From: Octopus vulgaris
Lineage: Eukaryota
Direction: 5' to 3'
DNA: 64,000 bases
NCBI GenBank assembly: GCA_951406725.2
Contig: OX597817.1
Location: 24,304,001 to 24,368,000, forward strand
This document shows, piece by piece, positions 25,594-38,048 of this stretch. The position numbers and the translations under genes were made by a program. The notes beneath the pieces were generated by a model that saw nothing but the letters and a program-made list of their open reading frames with translations, was not told where the DNA came from and ran no database searches. The stretch's first letter is position 1, and each line of letters opens with the position of its first letter.

Positions 25594-25941
25594 AAACAAT
25601 TGCAGTATGGAAGGTGTTTATAAGCCATTTAAAAACATACATAAATCATTAGATTCACTTCAACATTTAAATTTAATTTGCCAAAATATTTTCGGCACTT
25701 TGAGACCATGACTTGTTCACTGACAAAATTCCATGCTACATCACAGAATTTTGTCAGTGAACACATTGCAATCTCACAGCAATGAAAATATTTTGGCAAA
25801 TTTAATTTAAATGTTGAAGTGAATCTAATGTTTTTTCTGTGTTTCTTAAATGGCTTATAAACACCTTCCATGCTGCAATTGTTTTCGTTCCAGTACACGA
25901 TCTCAGATCAGGTCCTTGCTATGCAAGTACATCTCCGTAAC
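25594..25941. mobile_element. Fold-back element (~135-bp arms plus one-sided tail), PLE-terminus-like
   Basis: AAACAATTGCAG.ATGGAAGGTGTTTATAAGCCATTTAA...TGTTCACTGACAAAATTC is mirrored at 25745-25884. Flanked by (TA)n. Confidence 0.85.
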
Positions 25942-27719
25942 TTATATATATATATGATTCTTGGACTAGTTTTTAATCACACTGTTCAATTTGTTTCTTA
26001 TTATGCATGATTTATTCCACATCACAAAGTTATTGTATATATTTTGACATATTTCTTAAGTAAAAACCTTCAACTGTTGCATATAAATATTATTATCTTG
26101 TTTAGGATTCTGCTTTTATTTTATTTCACTTTATTTTATTTTATAAACCCATTTTAATCGTTTAATATATAGATAATTCAATGTAGGGTGTTCTATATTG
26201 CATGTCTTTTATCCGAATTTTATTATTATGCACTCAGCAATTTTTAAAAATAATTTTGTTTGTATATACATCAGGACCTAGACATGTTTTTATGTGGATA
26301 TTTGTATTGTTGGCATGCATATGCATTCGTATGTATGTGCCTTTGTATATGTGTAAGCATGTATGTTTATACTCGTTCACATACATACATGGATGTATAT
26401 GTATGCATGTATTCACTTGAATTTGTGTGAATGTGTATTTACATACTTATCTCTATATATTTATATCTGTGTTTCTTATATGTGTATTTACTGCAAATAT
26501 ACACTTTTATATACACATGCATACGTAATTTTATTTTGTGTATGTTTGTTACGCATATTCAGATTTCTTTCTTCCTTTATTTCGTTACAGAAAAGTATTT
26601 TTTCTCCCCCTATTCGTTACTTGTATAGAGTCCTGTAACTTTACGCCTCCCTCTCCTTCTCTTGCTCACTTCTTTAGCTATAAGATCCTTACCTTTTCTT
26701 TCCACTCTCTGCATTTTACTTCTAGTCTATATGTATACACCAAGTGATTTTTGCATGCGTCCAAGATTGCGTACATATGTATATATATATATATATATGT
26801 ATATGTGTATTTGTGTGTATATATACGTCTTACATATATATATATATTTATAGGGATGAGAAAAAATTTTTTTCTCAACATACCTGGTGTAAAAACATCT
26901 AGAAGTTATAGACAAGTAAGATAACTCATGCCAGATCCCATTGCAGGAGTGGCAGACATCAATCTTTCATCCTCTTTGTGACTTATCAATACCACGTACT
27001 CAAAACAAGGCTGGACATAAGTCAAATCGTTCGCTATTTGATTTATATCACTCCTATATGCACCAACATTCCCTCCTATATGCATCCACAGATATATCTT
27101 AAAGTATCTTAGAACAGATGATACTTTATAACTTTTGCTTCATCTGCCAACATACATGGAGCTGGAAAGGTTTAGTGGATAATACAATTCTATTTATATT
27201 GAAGAATTTTCGAAATATGTAGATTATTCTCTGAGAAACTATTTTATGATATTTTATGAGATAATTATCAAAACAGTTTTTTTTTTTTTAATATTTAATG
27301 GTTTCCAGTGATGTTTTTGTATTAGTAAATCACTAAAAGAGTAGGCTGAAGATTATGCTTCAATCTGAATGATTCCACTAGTTTGCAAATTGATTTTGCA
27401 ATATGCTGCCAACGAAAGTTATTTTCCCCATATGTCAGCCATTACCACCACAACTGCAGGTGCAACATTCATCAGATGATGATAAATTCTCATCATCGTA
27501 GGGGAATGTTTGGAAACTTCTATTGGTAGTAGAGCCATTTAGTGTGTGCAATAAAGAGCAGTGGCATAGATGTATGTGCAATCTGCATCTGGGTAGAACA
27601 AATGGCTGTGATGTAAGAAAGCAAAAGAATAAAAAAGAAGAAATAAATTCATGGGGATTCAGGATAAAAATTACAAAAATAATAATTTCTTTAAAAGACT
27701 GGTTTCCTTTTTAATGATA

Positions 27720-28125
27720 GGTGGTGAAGTTGCTGGAAGGAGGAGGAGAAGGACAACGAGGTGGAAGGAGGAGAGGAGAAGGAGGAAAAGACGGAAAAGA
27801 AGGAGAAAGAGAAGGAAAAGAAGAAAAGAAGAGGAAGGAAAAGGAGGAGGAGTAAGAAAAGAAGGAAAAGAAAAAGAAGGAAAGAAGGAAAGGAGGAGGA
27901 GTAGAGGAAAAGAAGGAGAAGAAAAGAAGAAAAAGAAGAAACGAAGAAGGAGGAGGAGGAAAAGAAGGAGAAGAAGAAAAGAAAAAGAAGAAACGAAGAA
28001 GGAGGAGGAGGAAAAGAAGGAGAAGAAGAAGAAAAGAAGAAAAAGAAGAAACGAAGAAGGAGAAGGAGGAGGAGGAAAAGAAGGAAAAGGAAAAGAAGAT
28101 GAAGAAGATGGTGATTGCAAAAAAG
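27720..28125. repeat. (GAA/GGA)n polypurine low-complexity tract
   Basis: About 400 bp, almost entirely A/G. Confidence 0.95.
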
Positions 28126-28518
28126 AGACCAAAATGATGTGATGTTGAAATTTAGAAATATAGACCTACACACATATCAATAAGAAGCTCATAAATTATC
28201 TAGCTGAATGGAAGTACTGAAAGAAAGAAGAAAAATAAAAAATAAATATATATATATATAGGGAAATTAAGAAGGAAGAAATCTCTATAGGAGCAGAAAG
28301 CTTGGACATAGATTTCCTGCCACCAATACCAAAAGATAAAAAAAAAAATATAAAAAGAAGAGATTAAAAAGAAGATTGCAGATGTCAAAGAAAATAGTGA
28401 AGTTACACTAGTGAAATACATGTTCTATGTAAACTCATAAAAAACATGTACTTATTCATTAAATATTCACAAAGCTAAAAAGAACAATAAAATAGAAAAA
28501 TAAACACTACATGTATGA

Positions 28519-28748
28519 GGCGGCGAGCTGGCAGAAACGTTAGCGCGCCGGGCGAAATGCGTAGCCGTATTTCGTCTGTCGTTACGTTCTGAGTTCAAAT
28601 TCTGCCGAGGTCGACTTTGCCTTTCATCCTCTCGGGGTCGATAAATAAAGTACCAGTTTCGCACTGGGTCGATGTAATCGATTCAATCCCTTTGTCTGTC
28701 CTTGTTTGTTCTCTCTATGTTTAGCCCCTTGTGGGTAGTAAAGAAATA
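28519..28748 (+). mobile_element. SINE family A, near full length
   Basis: GGCGGCGAGCTGGCAGAAACGTTAGC...GTGGGTAGTAAAGAAATA. Confidence 0.9.
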
Positions 28749-29199
28749 TATATGTATTAGAGTATATAGAGTTATGACATATGCTGCAGTTTTAACTGTA
28801 TTGAAGTGAATTCTGAATTCAAATCCTGAGTGGGTCAGCTTGGATTTTTCTTTGATTGTGTTGAGAAAAGAATGTACCATATATACTCATGTAGATAGTA
28901 TAAAACCAGCTTACACACAACTACTGTTCTAAAAAAATCATAAAGTGTATTCGTAATGAGTTTTTTTCAATAGCTCTAGCTTACATTAAATGCCCAGTTC
29001 TGTCCTGTTTTAAATACCACACATTTTACGAGTATATTCTGAACTTCAGTGTATGTTTATCATATTACAAAAGAAATAAAAGCAGTAAGCCGGTAGAATT
29101 GTTAGCATGCTGGGGAAACTATTAAGAAGCAATTCATCTATCTTAACATTAAGCGTTCAAATTCTGTCAAGGTGGACTTTGTCTTTCATCCTTTCACAA

Positions 29200-29805
29200 T
29201 CATCATCATCATCATCATTTAACGTCCGTTTTCTATGCTAGCATTGGTTGGATGATTTGACTGAGGACTGGCGAACCAGATGGCTGTGCCAGGCTCCAGT
29301 CTGATCTGACAGAGTTTCTACAGCTGGATGCCCTCCCTAACGCCAACCACTCTGAGAGTGTAGTGGGTGCTTTTATATGCCACCTGCACGAGGCCCATTC
29401 AGGTGGTACGAGCTGGCAGAAACGTTAGCACGCGGGGCGAAATGCTTAGCGGTATTTCGTCTGCGTTACGTTGTGAGTTCAAATTCCGCCGAGGTCAACT
29501 TCGCCTTTCATCCTTTCGGGGTCGATAAATTAACTACCAGTTACGCACTGGGATCGATGTAATCGGTTTAATACCTATGTCTGTCCTTGTTTGTCCGCTC
29601 TGTGTTTAGCCCCTTGTGGGTAATAAAGAAATAGGTACTGGCAACAGCGACACTCAAAATGGTGTTTTTTACGTGCCACCTGCATAGGAGTCAATCCAGC
29701 AGCACTGGCAAGGACCTCACTCGAATGTTTTGTTCACGTGCCACCGGCACAAATGCCAGTAAGGCGACTCTGGTAACGATCACACTCTGAGAGCCCGTGC
29801 CATCA
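29200..29805 (-). mobile_element. RTE 3'UTR interrupted by a family A SINE (29409-29633, +)
   Basis: (CAT)n and the conserved end lie at the left. TTTTACGTGCCACC repeat units continue on the far side of the SINE. Confidence 0.85.
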
Positions 29806-30187
29806 AAAATGAGAGTTAATTGTATTTTATATATAAGATACAAAATAAGGTTCATAATAATCCCAGATACATACATTTCCATACTTCCCTTGTACACTCA
29901 CACACATACACACATATACTCACACAGAATTGAAACGCTCTTTGATTTTTCTTTTCAGCATTGCACACACACACACACAAACATTCACATGACTCCCTTT
30001 TACATACACACACATATACTCATGCAGAGTTGAAATGCTGTTTGATTTTTTTTTTCAGTGTAGGACTTCCATCATTCCACTACCAAATTTGACATCACCC
30101 CTTCCTTCCTTATTCCTCTACCACCCCTTCCTTTTTCATTCATATGTTGCAATGGAGAAAGACACGAGTATTATTATAGTAGATACC

Positions 30188-30420
30188 TATTTCTTTACTA
30201 TCCACAAGGGGCTAAACACAGAGAGGTCAAACAAGGACAGACAAACGGATTAAGTCGATTATATCGGCTTCAGTGAATAACTGGTACTTATTTAATCAAC
30301 AGCGAAAGGATGAAAGGCAAAGTCAACCTCGGCAGAATTTGAACTCAGAATGTAAAGGCCGACGAAATACCGCAAAGCATTCCACCCGGCATGCTAACGT
30401 TTCTGCCAGCTCGCCGCCTT
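30188..30420 (-). mobile_element. SINE family A
   Basis: ~20-bp TSD GTATTATTATAGTA(G/C)ATACC. Confidence 0.9.
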
Positions 30421-30691
30421 GTATTATTATAGTACATACCATTTGAGCACTGGGGTAGATGTTACTGACTAGACCTCTTCACCCATATTTCAGGCCATGT
30501 GCCTATATCAGAAAAGATATTACAAGAAAAGCTGAATTAACAGAATAAAGGATTATTGAAAGAAACCATTTATTAATTTTCATTCAAATAAATAAAGAAA
30601 TAAAATAAAAAATACTCTTTACAAATGCCTGACCACTGCCCTCTTTTTAGATGAAGCAATGTGATAGGAAAGAAATTTTGGTTCTATTTCT

Positions 30692-31112
30692 AGCAGACAT
30701 GGCTGTGTGGTAAGAAGCTTGCTTCCCAACCATATGGTTCTGGGTTCAATCGCACTGTGTGGCACCTTGGGGAAGTGTCTTCTACTATAGCCTTGGGCCA
30801 ACCAAAACCTTGTGAATGGATTTGGTAGTTGGAAACTGAAAGAAACCCATCGTATACATACATATATACATGTGTGTGTGTGTGTGTTTGTATGTGTGCG
30901 TGTTTGTGTTTGTCTCTCTAATCGCCATTTGACAACTGGTGTTGATGTATTTACATCTCCATAACCTAGTGGTTCAACAAAAAGAGACCAAAAGAATAAG
31001 TGATACGCTTAAGAAACAAGTCCTGTGGTCAATTTGTTTGACTAAAACCCTTCAGAGCAGTGCTCCAGCATGACTGCAGTCAAATGAGTGAAACAAGTAA
31101 AATAATAAAAGA
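30692..31112 (+). mobile_element. SINE family B (tRNA head, CORE-like GTGGCACCTTGGGCAAGTGTCTT, internal (TG)n)
   Basis: Matches copies at 33207, 39845, 43803, 48342 and 59566. Confidence 0.88.
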
Positions 31113-31927
31113 CTATCTGACCACTGCCTTCTTTTTAGATGAAACAATATAATATGAAAGTGATTTAGGTCCTATTTCTAGCATATCAAGCAATGAAGTA
31201 AAGGTATCTTTGTGGGAAAATTTGTGATGAGCAGCAAGTACCTCATTAGCACTCTGGTCAACTGATTCAGTGTAAGAAATTCACATATTTGATTTAATTA
31301 TTCTGAGAACTATTTTTACTGATAATATTTTAATCATGAATGTAAATATTCAGAACCATCTAACACACCCTACGAATGGGAAAGAAAATCAAACAAACCA
31401 AAAATCAATTCTGTGAAATTAATTTAATGACACCTCCCTTAATTTTTACATTTTGTTTTGTTTGTTGTTGTTATTGTTAAATTGTAACAATTATGAGACT
31501 GACCCGAAGAACTAAGTTGGAATGATGAACGATACATAATTCATATGTGTGTTATTGTACATGGAAGTATATAAGGGAAAAATCGCAATGAAGGAAGGAA
31601 AAAGTGCGACAGAAAGAAAATAAGGAAATGAAAAAGATAGAGGAGTGGTTAAAGAGAGTGTTGAGAACATAATGTTTTTCCAATGTAGAAAGTATGTATG
31701 ACAGAAGCGAGTAAAGGAAAGATAGAAAGATCTCAAATGAAAGAGAGAGGTGCAGGAGAATTTACCACAGTAGAAAGAAAGACTTGATGAGAGAAAAAAA
31801 GAGGCGGAAAGTGTTGCAATTTTCGGTCACCAAAATGAGCATTCAATTAAACTGTCAATTAAGTAAAACTGAATTGTAAAATCTGAACAATCTACAATAT
31901 ACATAATTTCTCTTGTACTGTGCACAG

Positions 31928-31953
31928 ATTGAATGTAACGAGTTTACAAGGGT
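31928..31953 (+). other. Candidate microexon (24-26 nt)
   Basis: TTTCTCTTGTACTGTGCACAG|ATTGAATGTAACGAGTTTACAAGGGT|GTGAGT, inside a TE-poor island. Confidence 0.4.
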
Positions 31954-33206
31954 GTGAGTTTTATTTTTTGATGTGTGTTTTGTTAAGTGTATTTCTTTTT
32001 TTTTTTTCAATTCGTTAATTTCCAAAAATGCGCATACATCAATAATTTTTTCTGAAAATACACAGCCAAAACAAAATAAAAAATTTTAAATGAAACATCA
32101 TCGTAAGACTGAAACATAATACTGATAATAACAATGAAACAACTGAAAAAGTCAGCAATTACATTTCCAACCTTCCCACCTCAACTCCCACACTCATAAT
32201 ATTTAAAATGCACCATTTATGTAACTTGCATTTATTTGTTTATGTGTGATGTCTTTCTTTATATTTCTTCAATTATTTATTTTTTTCCTTGTGCAATACA
32301 GAAAACTTTCCTGCAAAATTTTTAAGTAGAGGTGATGAAAGAAAATTATTAAGCAAAAGCAAATATGAGTTTAAATAATAAAAACATATGAAACAAAAAA
32401 TATAATTATTTATAAAGAAAATTATTTTTTGTTCGTTAATGATTTAAAAAAAATAAATAAATATGGAAAAATGTTTGAAAAAACCCAAAAAACTAGTGAT
32501 TATACGTCTTTAATTTTTGAATTGGATACTGGCTAATGTGTATTGATTAGCTAGCATGACAGGCCTTCTAGAACAAACAACTGTCAAAATGGCGCCTTAT
32601 ACATACAGTACAATTATAACAGACACTTATACACACAGATTTTAACGGCAGAAATCCATTCTATCAGAAGAAATTTTTTATCATTCACATAGTATATTTT
32701 TTAAAAATATATTATTTCAACACAATCACATCCAAAGACAATAGTCTTTTTCTCTCACATACTTCCCCTCTCTTTCACACAGTCATACACATTCGCACAT
32801 ACACTTTTTTTATATATACGCATACTGTTGACATCATAAGAATTTATAAATTAATATACATAAATGTGTGTGAGTATGTATGTAAGGAGCAGCTTCTCTT
32901 TTATAGATGTTATTTTACCTTTTTTATTTAAGACCTTTCATTTTTCTATTTAAAGTTTTGCATTAAGTATGGAATAAAGTTTCTACATACATGATAGAGG
33001 TTTCTAGATTTTTGAAATATCATCAGGATATAAACTATATTTGGCTCCTGTGTTACCTCTTTTATTATAGCTGAGTTTATGTAGATTACCACTTAAGAAT
33101 TTATGGCTTTTAGGCTTTCACAAGATAATCTGATTTATAGTAGTCAAATTTATGTAGGTCTTCCCACCCCCAATGTTTCTTTCTGCTCTTTTCACAGCAT
33201 CACATA

Positions 33207-33426
33207 CTCTTTTACTTGCTTCAGTCATTTGACTGTGGCCATGCTGGAACACCGCCTTTAGTCAAGCAAATCGACCCCAGGACTGATTCTTTGTAAGCCA
33301 AGCACTTATTCTATTGGTCTCTTTTTGCCAAACCACTAAGTTACGAGAACATAAACACACCAGCATCGGTTGTCAAACATACAAACACACACGCATATAT
33401 ATACACACACATATATATATATATAA

Positions 33427-33463
<37 letters not shown>

Positions 33464-33661
33464 CATACACATATATATATATATATATATAGATACATAT
33501 ATATGACGGGCTTCTTTTAGTTTCTGTCTACCAAATCCACTCACAAGGCTTTGGTCAGCGCAAGGCTATAGTAGAAGACATTTGCCCAAGGTGCCACACA
33601 GTGGGACGGAACCCGGAACCATGTGGTCGATAAGAAAGCTACTTACCACATAGCCACTCCT
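33207..33661 (-). mobile_element. SINE family B
   Basis: Runs from the tail ACTCTTTTACTTG.TTCAGTCATTTGAC to the head TTACCACA.AGCCACTCCTG. Confidence 0.9.
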
Positions 33662-33699
33662 GAACATAACATGTTAGTGTTTGCAATGTTTGAATGCTT

Positions 33700-35860
33700 A
33701 TTTCAGCATTGTGTTTTGAAATAAGTATTGCTTTCATGATCGTTTACTGTTTGAGGGGTTTTACATAACCATGTCTGTATTATCCACTAGCATTTTTCTA
33801 TATAACATTGTTTTATGGTGTGTGGAGTAGTGTACTGTAATTGAATAGTAAGCTTAAAAAAGATTGACATACTATTTTGGCCAATGTTACAGCTGAAGTC
33901 CTGAAATTCACAACTCACAGTTTTATGATCAAATTTTTAGATCCTATTGGTCATTCGTAGCTTCTTCATGGGTTTCAACATTTGTGCTGTGTTATTGATA
34001 GTGGGGTTTTCGGTTTTGATGTATTTTTTGGTAAATATTATTAGATTTACTTTATGGTCATGTGTGATACATTTTGTGTTAGGTTTTATGAGGTTTTTGA
34101 CTATGTATTCATCTGTTCAATAGGTTTTATGCATTTGATTCATATAACAAAATTTTATGAGTGATTTATGTGTTTCATTGACTGTATTCTTTGTATTCTT
34201 GATGTGTCTATCTTCATCTGTTGCTTGGTCTACAAGTTTCTTGGAATGTCTGTTGATAATTATTATTTGTTTTAATCTGTGGATTTCTTCTTCAAGCTCC
34301 TCACCTAGACAAGAATGCAAATGCCCTTCTAAATAGTGATTTTACCACTGACATTTCATACTTATATGAGTATTTGCAGTTTCTGTATAGGTCTATCTAT
34401 TTGTTTGGTTCTTTGATGCATACAAAAATAATTTACCTGTTTTCCTATCCATATACTTATGTCTGGAAACAGAATTTCATTTGTATTATTCTGGGTGTTA
34501 AATTTTGGTACAGAATCGTTTTGTAATCATGATTTAGTTCCTCAATGTGTTTTAATAAATACATTACAAATAACACATCTGCATAAACAAATAATTTACA
34601 AATAATATGTCTGGTGTATATTATATATTTATGCTTTGATATTATTCTTTTCCTTATTTTGGATAGACAGAATGCAATAAACATACTTCCAAAGTGAGAA
34701 CCCCATGGCTTTCCTGTCATTTGTAGAAATCATCTGATGGGCAGTGAAATGATACTTAAGTGAAACATAACATTACTATTCTGTTGTGTCTGGGGAGAGT
34801 TTTTTCTTTTTGTGCCGTATAATTTAACACACTCACCAGTAAAATTTCCACTTATTTCTTATTTTTATTTTCCTAAAATTTCCATTGCATCTTGCAACCT
34901 TTTCAATAGTCTTCACTTTCAAGACTATTGAAAAGTTTGCAAGACGCAACAAAAATTTTAGGAAAATAAAGATAAGAAATAAGTTGAAATTTTACCGGTG
35001 AGTGTGTTAAATTATAAGGCACAAAAAGAAAATGACTCTCCCCAGACATAAGTGAATATGCTTCAACACATGAACTCATATAAAGAATCTTGCAAACCAA
35101 ATCCAATAACAAAATGTAACAATAGTAGATTTTTTAATAAGTTTACTGATATCACTGGTGGTTTTATTTTGGAGTGCTTACATATGGTCTCTATTATAAT
35201 TTCTCAGACATTAAGGAACAAGCTTTCTACATAGAGATGATACCAATGTTGTCGGTTCCCTCTAAAATGTGACCTTTAAATGTATTTCTCCAGTGAATAT
35301 TCCTCATTAACGCTGGCTATTTGCTTCATAATTTAAGGAGTAAGTGTATTTATCTGGAGTATTATGATAGAAAGGGATTATTTCGTTTATGTATTTTTAA
35401 TGGGCCATTTATATGTGCTGCAGAGAACTTCACTTCAGAATTTTGAAAGGGGATCCTATATGTGCCTTTATTGCTGGAATTAATTTAATTTTACTTCTAA
35501 TTGTTTGGAGTTGCATTTCTTGATCTTTGTGAATTTTCATCTCACTGAGAGCAAATTATTAATTTTTGCATGTTCTCCCTCTCTATCCATGATTAGGAAC
35601 ATATTACTTTTATCACACTTGTAAATTTTTATGGTTATATTTTAAGTAGTGTAGTGCTTTTTAGTTTTTTTTATTTGATATTTGTTTGTTATTTTGTGGG
35701 AATCTATTTTTATTACATTTGCCATGATGTAAGTCATCAGATGAGTTGTTGATATTATAATATTTTTGCTCTTGAAGATCTTAAGTTTTGGTTGCGTTGT
35801 TCGATTTCAATTTTAATTTCAAATTTCTCCTTGTTTTGGTTATACTGACATGAGACTTCT
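33700..35860 (-). pseudogene. Decayed Penelope-like element RT ORF
   Basis: Minus-strand remnants LYVESLFLNV (cf. LDVESLFTNV), QMTGKPWGSHFG (cf. GVAMGSPLG), YADVLF (cf. YVDDIF) and EEIHRLKQIII. Split by a family F element. Boundaries are approximate. Confidence 0.65.
34778..35116. mobile_element. Fold-back element family F, copy 3 (longest arms, opposite orientation)
   Basis: Arms of ~130 bp around 34910-34922. Degenerate TSD TAACATTACTA / TAACAATAGTA. Confidence 0.82.
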
Positions 35861-35957
35861 CCCATGGAAGCCTAATGTAAAGACGTCTATAGTGGTAAAA
35901 TATACATTAATTCAATTACGATAAAAGTAGCAATACAGAAATCAAATATATTTCATA

Positions 35958-36035
35958 TCCTGATGATGAGGCTGTGAATGTCTAGAGACCTTGATTATGG
36001 ATCTAGGAAATCTATTGCTCCAAACTGCAGAAGCT
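35958..36035 (+). ncRNA. Degenerate hammerhead motif, inverted relative to the adjacent PLE ORF
   Basis: CTGATGA-TGAG...CTC-CAAAC-TGCA-GAA, which is two substitutions from GAAAC-TGCA-GTA. Confidence 0.4.
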
Positions 36036-36179
36036 TTATATAGAAATAGGAGAAATTTTAATAAAAAAGATAAAACTGAAACATTATACACACATGCGCA
36101 CACACACACACACGTACATATATACATGTATGTGTATAAATGTGTGTATGTGTATTATATATATATATATATATATATA

Positions 36180-36441
36180 TCATCATCATCGTTTAACGTC
36201 CATTTTCCATGCTAGCATGGGCTGGACGGTTCGCCCGGGGTCTGGGAAGCCAGGAGGCTACACCAGGCTCTAGTCTGATCTGGCAGTGTTTCTACAGCTG
36301 GATATCCTTATATTTATATATATTCATATATCATCATCATCATCATCATCATCATCATTTAGCGTCCGTTTTCCATGCTAGCATGGGTTGGACGGTTCAA
36401 CTGGGGTCTGGGGAGCCCGAAGGCTGCACCAGGCCAGTCAG

Positions 36442-36443
<2 letters not shown>
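36180..36443 (-). mobile_element. Two short RTE 3' termini in (TA)n
   Basis: (CAT)n-TTTAACGTCC..CCATGCTAGCATGGG at ~36180 and ~36331. Confidence 0.85.
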
Positions 36444-36485
<42 letters not shown>

Positions 36486-36490
<5 letters not shown>

Positions 36491-37537
36491 TGCTTTGTAT
36501 TTCTCTGACATGTTGGAAACAGCATTTGAGATTGTTAAAGGAGTAAAGTTTGAGTAAAGAACTGGTGCTGGCTTGTTCAACCAACAGTACTTTAAAGCAA
36601 AAACGAGGACTTTGGAGCAAACAGTTCGAGGTTTGTTCTTTGTTGATGATTGTGCCCTTGTATCACACACTCTTGAGGATATGCAATAGATTCTAAAATA
36701 CTTCTCATGTGCATTGAAGGCTTTTGTTCTGACCATCAGCATCAAGAAAACTGAGATTGTCCATTAGCCTATTTGTGACCATCTTCTCATTGTTGCCCCT
36801 ACTGTACATGTTGATAGGAAAAGCATTGAAAACTGTTTCCTCCTTGACTTATCTTGGTTCCATTGTGTTCAATGATGTGAAGATGGATAAGGAAAAGAAA
36901 TTGAATCTAGAATCAGGATGGTTAGCTTTGCTTTTGGTAAGCTTCACTACAGGCTTTATAACAGCCATGATGTATCATTGAAGGTGAAAGTCGATGTATT
37001 TAAGTTGGTGATTTTGACAACATTGCTTTATGGTGCTGAAGCTTGGACTCTGTACTGAAAGCACGTCAACCAGCTTGACGCTTTTCATATGTGATGCTTG
37101 TGTACTATCTTCAACATAAAATTGAGTGACCATATACATAAGAGTGAAGTGCTAACAAAATGCAACATATCAGGTATCGAAGTCATCTTCATCAAAATAC
37201 AGCTTATATGGTCAGGTCATCTCTCATGCATGAGTGATATTAGAATTCTGAAGCAACTTCTCTTTGGCCAATTCCCAACATGGTCAGTTAGAAGGCAACT
37301 TTTGTGCTTCAAAGACAAGCTAAAAGACAATCTGAAATGAAGCAACATTCACTTTTCTTCCTGGGAAAACAAAGCATCAAAATGCAGGACCTGGTGCCAG
37401 TCCTGCTTCTCCTCATTTCAAAGATCTGAGCAAAGTTGACTCCAGCAACAAGACCAGCTTTGTGCAGTCATGAAGGCACACTGGCAAAACGCTGCTCCTC
37501 TACATGGAAACCTTACCTGTCATTGTGGTTTGTTAGC
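36486..37537 (+). pseudogene. RTE/BovB-like LINE RT and C-terminus, decayed
   Basis: LFFVDDCALVSHT.EDMQ, TYLGS, LLYGAEAWTL, QLIWSGHLSCMSDIRILKQLLFG, FKDKLKDNLK. Confidence 0.88.
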
Positions 37538-37937
37538 ACAACACCCAATCTGGGAATGGAAACCATGATCCTACAACTGTGAGTCTGCTGCCCTAACCAC
37601 TGGGCCATTGCACCTCCACTTAAATTAATATATTTTATTTTGGTCATATCAGTTTCTTGCTACTCTGAGTTTTACCTGTATGACAAAAAGATCTTCAGCT
37701 ATATTATGATTTACCAGAAGATTCTGTGTATCTACAGGTAAAACTCAACATAGCAAGAAACTGATTCGCCTAAAGTAATGTGTGTATGTGTGTGTTCATG
37801 TACGTGCATGTATGTGTTTGTGTGCAAGCACGCACATGTATGTGTGTTTGTATATATGTGCACATCAGACACAAACATACATATATGTATTTTTCACTAT
37901 GCATTAATCTGCATGAAATGTAGTGCTAATATCAAAT

Positions 37938-38048
37938 TGTCTCATAAATAGTGCTTGGAAGAAATGCTTTTCACCAAATTGATTTGTCCCGATACAAGAT
38001 GAAGACAATATCTTTACTCGTGCAAATGATTTGGTGATTTATGGGACA
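37938..38048. other. Unique imperfect hairpin, pre-miRNA-sized
   Basis: TCACCAAATTGATTTG...AAGAT / ATCTT...CAAATGATTTGGTGA (37971-38037), plus an outer stem TGTCTCATAAA/TTTATGGGACA. Confidence 0.45.

Noticed and set aside
27651-28173. Arg/Lys/Glu-rich 163-aa 'protamine-like' ORF
   Set aside because: The polypurine simple repeat is stop-free in several frames and has no gene structure.
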